Shown here piece by piece: positions 57,165 through 64,000 of a DNA stretch of 64,000 nt. The translations under genes and the position numbers were made by a program. This DNA is from an uncultured Methanosarcinales archaeon (GTDB taxonomy: Archaea > Halobacteriota > Methanosarcinia > Methanotrichales > Methanotrichaceae), in the NCBI GenBank assembly GCA_963843555.1, contig CAWJKV010000017.1, positions 1 to 64,000 on the forward strand. The letters run 5' to 3'. The notes below the pieces were generated by a model that saw only the letters and a list, made by a program, of their open reading frames with translations, did no database searches and was not told the origin of the DNA. Within the stretch, counting starts at the first letter, position 1. Each line of letters starts with the position of its first letter.

Positions 57165-58469
57165 ATGGCATCAAAGAATATTATCTGTCCCGTCTGCGGA
57201 GCCTCCTGTGACGACATTCAGGTGGAGCTGGAGGGCAAGGGCTTAACGGTCAAGAATGCCTGCAAGATGGGCAATGCCAAGTTCCAGGAGATCGTAAGCT
57301 CTCACCGAATCCGGGAGCCTCTCTGCAGAGTGGACGGAAGCCTGAGACCGGCAACATGGAATGAGGCAATCGATCGAGCAGCCAGAATCCTAGCCAACGC
57401 CAAGCGTCCTCTCTTATTCCTGGGCAGCGAGACCTCCTGCGAGGCCATGGAGGTCGGAATTCATATGGCGGAGTTCCTGGGAGGAATAGCCGACTCGAAC
57501 TCCACCGTCTGCCACGGGCCGACGGCCATGGGCATTCAAGAGGCAGGCCGGGTGGGCGCAACCGCCGGTCAGAGCAAGTCGAGGGCGGACTTGACCGTTT
57601 ACTGGGGATCCAATCCTCTGGAGTCCATGCCCAGACATATGTCACGCTATGCCGTCTATCCGCGGGGTTATTGGACAAAGCGAGGGAGGTTCGATCGAAC
57701 CATAATCACCGTGGACCCCAGAAGGAGCATCACCGCCGAGAACTCGGATCTGCATATTCAGCTCAAGCCCAACACCGATTACGAGCTTCTCTCGGCTCTG
57801 CTCAGTCTCCTGCATGGCAAGAGACCAAATGCTTCTGTGGAAGAGGTCACGGGCGTCTCCATCTCCGAGATGGAAGAGATGCTTTCCATGATGAAGGGCT
57901 GCAAGTTCGGGGCCATTTACGTGGGCCTGGGAATCGCCTCCTCTTATGGCAAGCACCGCAATGCAGAACTCGCCTTCAACCTGGTCAAAGAGCTGAACGG
58001 CTATACCAAGTTCGTGATCGGTGCGCTCAGAGGACACTGCAATGTGGCCGGCTTCAATCAGATTGCATCGTACCTCTACGGCTTTCCTTTCGGCCTGGAT
58101 TTCGCGCGAGGATATCCCCGCTACAATCCCGGCGAGTATACGGCAGTGGATGTCTTGAGGGAGCAGGATGTGGATGCAGCTTTTATCCTTTCAGCGGATC
58201 TGGTTTCGCACTTTCCTGCCGCCTGCGCCGAATATCTGGCCAGGATTCCCGTAGCCTGCATCGACATTGCACCCTGTCCTACCACCATGATCTCAGATGT
58301 TGTCTTGCCGGGCGTAATCGATGCCATGGAGAGCGACGGCACATTCTACCGTCTGGACGATGTGCCGATCTACTTCCAGCCCTTCACCAATTCGCCCTTC
58401 TCGTATACGGAGAGCAACGAAGATACCATGAAGCAGATCTTTGAGCGGGTGAAAGAGATACGAAAATAA
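57165..58469 (+). CDS. fmdB: Formylmethanofuran dehydrogenase subunit B (Cys form)
   Basis: CPVCGASCDD, VCHGP, PRHMSRY and RGHCNVAG. Confidence 0.93.
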   Translation: MASKNIICPVCGASCDDIQVELEGKGLTVKNACKMGNAKFQEIVSSHRIREPLCRVDGSLRPATWNEAIDRAARILANAKRPLLFLGSETSCEAMEVGIHMAEFLGGIADSNSTVCHGPTAMGIQEAGRVGATAGQSKSRADLTVYWGSNPLESMPRHMSRYAVYPRGYWTKRGRFDRTIITVDPRRSITAENSDLHIQLKPNTDYELLSALLSLLHGKRPNASVEEVTGVSISEMEEMLSMMKGCKFGAIYVGLGIASSYGKHRNAELAFNLVKELNGYTKFVIGALRGHCNVAGFNQIASYLYGFPFGLDFARGYPRYNPGEYTAVDVLREQDVDAAFILSADLVSHFPAACAEYLARIPVACIDIAPCPTTMISDVVLPGVIDAMESDGTFYRLDDVPIYFQPFTNSPFSYTESNEDTMKQIFERVKEIRK

Positions 58470-58563
58470 ATTGGAGATCGGTCAGAGAAGGCTCTTGCGC
58501 AAATTCCCCGCCTGATTTAAATATGCAGATGTGCTAATGGAAAATAGCGGAGGTGAAGGCGAC

Positions 58564-58716
58564 ATGTGTACAGTTGGGGGCGGGCCAGACATAGGGGAAG
58601 TTGAAACTCTGGCAGCCAAAGATTATGAGTGCCTGGACTGCAATAACAAGTTCCAGGGCATGGGAAGAAGACCCATGTGCCCATCCTGCAAATCCAGGAA
58701 CGTCAAGGCAGCTTAA
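58564..58716 (+). CDS. Small zinc-ribbon protein
   Basis: YECLDCNNKF...CPSCKSRNV; GGAGGTG upstream. Confidence 0.75.
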   Translation: MCTVGGGPDIGEVETLAAKDYECLDCNNKFQGMGRRPMCPSCKSRNVKAA

Positions 58717-58746
58717 GGGTCAGGCATCAGGATCATCTGCAAGGTC

Positions 58747-59172
58747 ATGCACATACTTCTGAAAGAGGACGAGATCGCCTATCTCGTGGGCCGGAGCGGC
58801 ACCATAGCCATGGCCAAGACCAAAGGTATCTTTTTTTATCTGGAGACGGAGACGGCAGAGATCGTTCTATTCACCGAGCCTGAGGATCTGATGGTGGCCT
58901 CGTCCTTTGGCGTGGGAGAGAAGGTCAGGCGCGGTCTGCGATGCACTCTTTATCAGCTCCGTGAGCTTGGCGCGCCATTGATAGTGCTTCCCAAAGGCCA
59001 TCCGGCATCGCCACGGCTGAAGGTGGTGGTGTCCATTGGTCCACGCACGCGCCTGAGCTGCAAGATCCAGCCGGGAACGCATCCTGAGCAGAATGTGCTC
59101 TGCGGGTCAGAGGAGTTTCACGACCTGGAAGTGCTGGCCGAGCCTGAGGGTGCAGAGATAAAAGGGCGATGA
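58747..59172 (+). CDS. Hypothetical protein
   Basis: 141-aa ORF in an operon context. Confidence 0.6.
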   Translation: MHILLKEDEIAYLVGRSGTIAMAKTKGIFFYLETETAEIVLFTEPEDLMVASSFGVGEKVRRGLRCTLYQLRELGAPLIVLPKGHPASPRLKVVVSIGPRTRLSCKIQPGTHPEQNVLCGSEEFHDLEVLAEPEGAEIKGR

Positions 59173-59234
59173 CAGGCAATGGCAATGGATCCGGGCCAGA
59201 TAATCGTAGAGAAATTGTAGAAGGTGATTTGCTG

Positions 59235-59516
59235 ATGGCAGAGATAAGAGAAGACAGCCTGGTCAGGTACAAGGGCACGGGCACTATAGGAACGGTGAAG
59301 GTGCTGAAGGTTGAGGACGACGGAGAGACATGGGCCTTTCTGGACAGCACCGGGCTTTACTACCGGCTGGATACACTGGAGCTGATTGAGAAGGCTCCGG
59401 AGCGAAAAGAGCTGGAGGGCATGACCCTGGAGCAGATCCAGGAGAGGTTCAAGCAGACGCAAGATATGATGGATACGGCCAAGATGCAGGATGATAACCT
59501 GGAGACAGGCGGGTAA
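59235..59516 (+). CDS. DUF2098-family protein
   Basis: VRYKGTGTIGTV...WAFLDSTGLYY. Confidence 0.75.
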   Translation: MAEIREDSLVRYKGTGTIGTVKVLKVEDDGETWAFLDSTGLYYRLDTLELIEKAPERKELEGMTLEQIQERFKQTQDMMDTAKMQDDNLETGG

Positions 59517-59543
59517 AGATGCAGATGCGAGTTATGAGGATTC

Positions 59544-60700
59544 TTGGCCGGAGAGTTTGGTGATAGGATCGGCGTCGTGGTGCACGGTCCGGAGATCGTG
59601 GACTCGGGCAATGCGATGCGGCTGATCAATTATCTGAAAAAGCATGGCAGCGTGGCCGCTGTCTTGGGCGGGACCATGGGCCGGGTGGCGGTTATTGATG
59701 CTGGCCTGGAGGGCATTATCTCCATCAATCCCAAGAGACGGCCCAGCCTCTCCATCCGGGATCTGGCTCCAACCTCGGATGTCATCTTTCTCCTCAGCCA
59801 GGCCAAGAGCCGGGAGACGGGTCTGGCATTCGGCTCCATGGTGGCAGCGGCGGCCGGGATTGGAAAGCCTCTTGTTCAAATCGACTGCGGCGGAAGATTT
59901 GTGGTCGATCTCTCCTCGGAAGAGGACTCAGGAGTGAGAGCAACTCACGAGAAGGCGGCTCAGGAGAAGGGCTTGCGAAGCAAGTCGCCTCGGAGCTTGG
60001 CCTGGATCTCTTGCAACCGTCTCCAACTCATGGCGTCTCTCATCTGGAAGATACCATAAAGCGCACCCTGACGGGAGTCAATCCGGGCGAGCTGATCTCT
60101 ATAAATGGAACGGTTGTGGCCAGGGCCACGGGGTCCCGGGTGGAGATCGAGGCCAGAGACGGCAGGATCGTTGCCATAGAGGGCGCTGATTCCAAGGAGC
60201 ACGGCCTGGAGAAGCTGCATGACTCCATAAAGTGGATCTGAAAGATGCCATCATCCGCAGCGGCAGTATCCGGCGGAGCCTTGCCCGGCCGAGACTTGGA
60301 GCTATCGGAAACAAGGACGGGGGCGAAGGAGCAGTGTTCATCGATCACTGTGCAGAAGATGCCTTCGAGGCAGCGCAGGGGGCCAGCGTGGCTGTTACTG
60401 TGGGAGACGATACCACTGCCATCGCCGGAGATATTCTCGCCCGCCTCGGCATTCCCGTCGTCGGCATAGTGGACGGAGACCTCGACCGGCTAGCCGAAAG
60501 CCTCACAATGATGCCTGGCAGCGTCATCATCCGGGTCGAGCCGGGATATGACGATCTCGTGGGCAGGCGTGTTTTGGACGAGATATTTCAGGGAAAGAAG
60601 AGGATCTCTAACAGCTACCGCTGATCTGGCAGAGAAGGTGAAAAAGCTGGCCGGCGAGCACCTGATCGAGATTGAACAGATCAAATCCGATTTCTCTTGA
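59544..60700 (+). CDS. DUF2117-family protein, frameshifted
   Basis: [29 protein letters not shown] and [14 protein letters not shown]. Confidence 0.82.
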
Positions 60701-61952
60701 TAGCCTTAAGCTCCTGGAAAAAGACCGCTGCAGTGGCTGTATCGCCCAGGCCGACGGTGATGCAAGGAGCTTTTGCCAGGAGAGACGGCATCAAGGATAC
60801 GATTTCGTCCCCGGAGTCAAGATACGCCCCTCTACCAGCTTTCATGGCCCCATGGCGGCAAAACTCAGATCTAACCTCGAGCCCTGCAGGATTAACCTCC
60901 ATAGGAGGCTCTCCTGCAACAGAACCCGTGGCAGCCAAAGCCGCTGCGGCATCGGTTCCGCCCTGCAGGGCAGAAAGCTCTTCTCCGGCGGTGATCTTTC
61001 CCTTCAACATGACGCTCAGAATGTAGTCCCTGGTGTGAACCGCCACTCTGAAAAGCCCCAGTCGCTCTCGCAGCCGCTCCGCCGCCTGAATTGTCTCAGG
61101 CCACCGGCCGGCCAAATATCCTTCTGCTGCCGCCAGCTCATCCTCATTCCAGCCCAGGCTGTCCACCGGCAGGCGTGGGATAAGAGATTTCATGATCTCA
61201 GGATTCTGGAAGTTGCCCATTTCGGCATGGATGAATATCTTCGGGTTCGTCTCCTTCCAGGATTTGATCTGCGCGATTTTCTGCGGGAAGATCTCCCTGT
61301 ACTCCTTAAGGGGGGCCAGGTGAAAACCGGAGAGTAGAGCGCCATCTAAATTCTGGATATTATCCCGGCAATAGGAATCGAAATGCTCGCTGGAGGCGAG
61401 CTTTGCGTTCACCGGGTCGTAGGAGGCAATAAAACGATTATCCGATGGTGCAATTATTCTGCCCTCTGGAGCTACAACGGCATCTCCTCTCTTGAATTGA
61501 AAGACAAAATGTACCATCTCTTTGTCTATTTCGGATTCTCCAGCCGCCCGGTCGGGCTTTTTCAGGATTCCAGAAATGGGGATGCCCACCTCCGGATGAA
61601 GCATGCCGACCAATCTCGGTCCCAGTATCGGTGCATTCAGAACAGTACGGGCTCCCAGTGCGGCCAGGACATTGGCCATGATTCCGGCGTTGCCGCCCAG
61701 GCGGAATTGCCAGCGAAAGGACTCCTTGATCTGTCGGGCCACCTCATGTTTCTCGATCAAGATCTCGGCTCCGGATCCTTGCTTCATGCAGAATAAGAGA
61801 GAGGAAATGAGATCATCCCGGCTGCCTATCGACCCTCTCAACTCGCTCTTTATTGTCTGGGCACAGCCCGACTGGATGAGGCTGGATACTTCCTCTCCGC
61901 ACAAATTGTAGACAGCATCGATGTTAACGGGATAGGCGCAAATGATGTTCAT
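60681..61952 (-). CDS. pfkC: ADP-dependent phosphofructokinase/glucokinase
   Basis: AYPVNIDA, GGNAGIMAN, NRFIAS, SGFH, NEDEL, VHT and TVGLGD. Confidence 0.9.
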   Translation of the reverse strand: MNIICAYPVNIDAVYNLCGEEVSSLIQSGCAQTIKSELRGSIGSRDDLISSLLFCMKQGSGAEILIEKHEVARQIKESFRWQFRLGGNAGIMANVLAALGARTVLNAPILGPRLVGMLHPEVGIPISGILKKPDRAAGESEIDKEMVHFVFQFKRGDAVVAPEGRIIAPSDNRFIASYDPVNAKLASSEHFDSYCRDNIQNLDGALLSGFHLAPLKEYREIFPQKIAQIKSWKETNPKIFIHAEMGNFQNPEIMKSLIPRLPVDSLGWNEDELAAAEGYLAGRWPETIQAAERLRERLGLFRVAVHTRDYILSVMLKGKITAGEELSALQGGTDAAAALAATGSVAGEPPMEVNPAGLEVRSEFCRHGAMKAGRGAYLDSGDEIVSLMPSLLAKAPCITVGLGDTATAAVFFQELKAIKRNRI

Positions 61953-62074
61953 AAATAATCTCCTGAAAGCCATCTCCACTTGCCTGGAAGTCCTGCCAGA
62001 TTTCGGGATTAGGAGCCAAATGGCGACTCCTTATATATCCTTTTCGATTTTTGAGGTGCTCGGGCAGGCTTGCT

Positions 62075-62168
62075 CCCGCCTGCGCTCTGTGGTTGTTCCA
62101 AACCACCTGGTTATGACCAGAGCCTAACGATGTCTTGGCCACAGAGTTCACAGAGTATGAACGGAGAG
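62075..62168. repeat. Palindromic dispersed repeat, copy 2 (homolog of 5791-5888)
   Basis: ctctgtggtt, spacer containing accacctggttatgaccagagcctaacgat, then ccacagagttcacagag. Confidence 0.6.
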
Positions 62169-62290
62169 GCGGACTGACAGCTGGAAACCCAAGAACATGA
62201 GGTTAGCTGTCAGAATAGAGAAGAGCCTAATTTTTATTGCAACCACACCACCAGAAAAATTTAGGGACATGCAGCTCGCCGGATCTACGT

Positions 62291-62611
62291 TCAGTGTTTG
62301 CCCGACATACGCGGCAAACTTCTCAATATAGAATAAAAAATCTCATGCAGCCAGGAGCTCATCCCTCGATAGGAGCTATCCGCCTTATCTTGAGGTGGGC
62401 AGGCATATTTACAATAGCTATTATAATTTCGAAATTTTCCATCTTCGCCATGGATGATGCATTCAGCGCCTTCATTTTTGCAGATCTTCCGCGCGCGCAA
62501 AATTGCTTCGGCTTTTGTCCCGGCATGACTTGATGCTCGCTCTGCATGAGGCTTCTTGATATCCCAGCCACTTTCTGGATTCTTTACAACGTGTCTTTCA
62601 TTTCGTGCCAT
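62291..62611 (-). CDS. DUF2188-family protein (C-terminus possibly read-through or decayed)
   Basis: RHVVKNPESGWDIKK...RASSHAGTKAEAI...IIHGEDGKF. Confidence 0.75.
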   Translation of the reverse strand: MARNERHVVKNPESGWDIKKPHAERASSHAGTKAEAILRARKICKNEGAECIIHGEDGKFRNYNSYCKYACPPQDKADSSYRGMSSWLHEIFYSILRSLPRMSGKH

Positions 62612-62699
62612 ATAGTCCTTTATGGGTCATATAAATATATAAATAATGTGGTTCGCGCAAAAAGGGAAAAAAGTTTTTCCATAAGACGATTCTATGGCG

Positions 62700-63019
62700 A
62701 TACCTCTAAGAAAATGCTCAAACGCCTGGGCTATAGAGCTGACTTGGCAACTAACGGCATAGAGGCTCTGCAGGCCCTGGAACGCCAGCCATACGATATC
62801 GTCCTTATGGATGTAAAGATGCCGGAAATGGACGGCCTTGAAGCTTCTCGAATCATCCGTAAGCTCTGGCCGGAGGGTCCGAAGATAATAGCCATCACTG
62901 CCTATGCCCTGGAAGGCGATCGGGAGAGATGCTTTGAGGCCGGAATGGACGGTTACATCAGCAAGCCTGTAAATATCCTTGAATTGGCGGAGGTTCTGAA
63001 TAATATCAATCGGGAATAG
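62700..63019 (+). pseudogene. Orphan 3' fragment of a receiver domain
   Basis: KMLKRLGYRADLATNG...LMDVKMPEMDG...KP lacks the N-terminal ILLAEDN strand; similar to the tails of both hybrid kinases. Confidence 0.7.
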
Positions 63020-63294
63020 TTTTTAGCATTTAATTTTTAAAAAAAGTTTTCATTTTGGTCAATGTTATGCGTGTCACCGCCGTTGAGCCCTGCTAGAAAC
63101 CGTAAGACAGCGGTGGGAAGGAAACAGGCGGATCGTCTTGGATGTACCGGGTGGTTACAGGAGCGATACATACATAGATAGTTGTGTCGCCTATAGTCTC
63201 ACCTCATAAATATATTGGGAGTTTTTACTATTTCAACTTATTCCCAGGGTATGTGTTGGGGCTCACAAATCTCTCGCGCGAGGACCTAATCCTT

Positions 63295-63766
63295 TTATCT
63301 TCTCAGAATACCAGGAACTGAACTCCCATCACAGTGGCTGTAACGATGACTCCGGCGACCAGGACACCAGCCACGATGGCCGCGAAGGCCGGCCAGAAAC
63401 GGAAGCCGAGCAGGAAAGCAACCAGCGCAGCCTGTCCAGGCTCCCGTCATGGGCAGCGGGATGGCAACGAATATGGCCAGAGCCGTCAGACCGAAGTTTT
63501 CGTGATCCCGGATGCACTTATTGCGCGTGCGGGCGAAGAGCCAGGTGAAGAACTTATCTGCACAGGCAAAACGCCTCAGATAATCTGAGACCGGGCCCAG
63601 AAATAAAAGCAGGGGAATTATGACCAGCACATTGCCTAAGACGGATAAGAGGTAAGCCTGCAATGGCGAGTATCCGTAGACTCCGATGGCCAGCGGTATG
63701 GCACCCCGGACCTCAGATATGGGAAGGGCTGCCACAACCAGAGGTAATCAGCCATTCAGGAACTAT
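63295..63766 (-). CDS. COG2426 small multidrug export-like membrane protein, frameshifted
   Basis: AALPISEVRGAIP, LGNVL and FVAIPLPMTGAWTG. Confidence 0.82.
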
Positions 63767-63799
63767 AAAGACCACCAGGAATTGGATTTGACGATGCTA

Positions 63800-64000
63800 T
63801 CACTCACCTATTGTTCCCTTGATCTCCACCTTGAAGACCGCCTCTTGGGTCGGAGAAGACACAGAGATGGTCAGATCCACGGGGATCTTTCCGATAGCAA
63901 TAGATAGCGGAGCATCGGAGCTCGCGACCTCCACCTTTACCCCCTGGGACAATCTGGTGAGAGCGCTGACGACTGCACCAATATCGATCGTCTGTGAAAC
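63800..64000 (-). CDS. 3' end of an unidentified gene (runs off the window)
   Basis: Open frame VSQTIDIG...FKVEIKGTIGE* ending just upstream of the COG2426 gene. Confidence 0.55.
   Translation of the reverse strand, partial: VSQTIDIGAVVSALTRLSQGVKVEVASSDAPLSIAIGKIPVDLTISVSSPTQEAVFKVEIKGTIGE

Overview
Archaeal methanogen DNA, most consistent with Methanothrix (Methanosaeta). This is an inference from the tandem AMP-forming acetyl-CoA synthetases, an fmdFACDB operon, an ADP-dependent sugar kinase, gyrBA and DUF2098/DUF2117 genes. Many conserved genes (acs, purA, mptN-like, fmdA/C/D, histidine kinases) are broken by single-base indels, most likely uncorrected assembly errors, so their coordinates span the joined fragments. 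Core blocks: acs-acs, mptN-purA, moxR-DUF58-larA, tRNA-Cys, gyrBA, fdhA-like plus fmdFACDB, and rubredoxin-fprA. AT-rich accessory patches lie between them. The most unusual observations are: (1) a GC-rich non-coding repeat family with 18-bp inverted arms around a 93-96-bp spacer, sitting downstream of TPR and secreted-protein genes in a cassette-like array; (2) two cases where a toxin-like gene (a PIN TA pair; a RelA/SpoT synthetase) lies between a host gene's 3' end and a decayed duplicate of that same 3' end; (3) a 38-aa classical C2H2 zinc-finger microprotein absent from the ORF track; (4) an AT-rich P-loop ATPase plus membrane-protein island; and (5) a second ~100-bp palindromic dispersed repeat.
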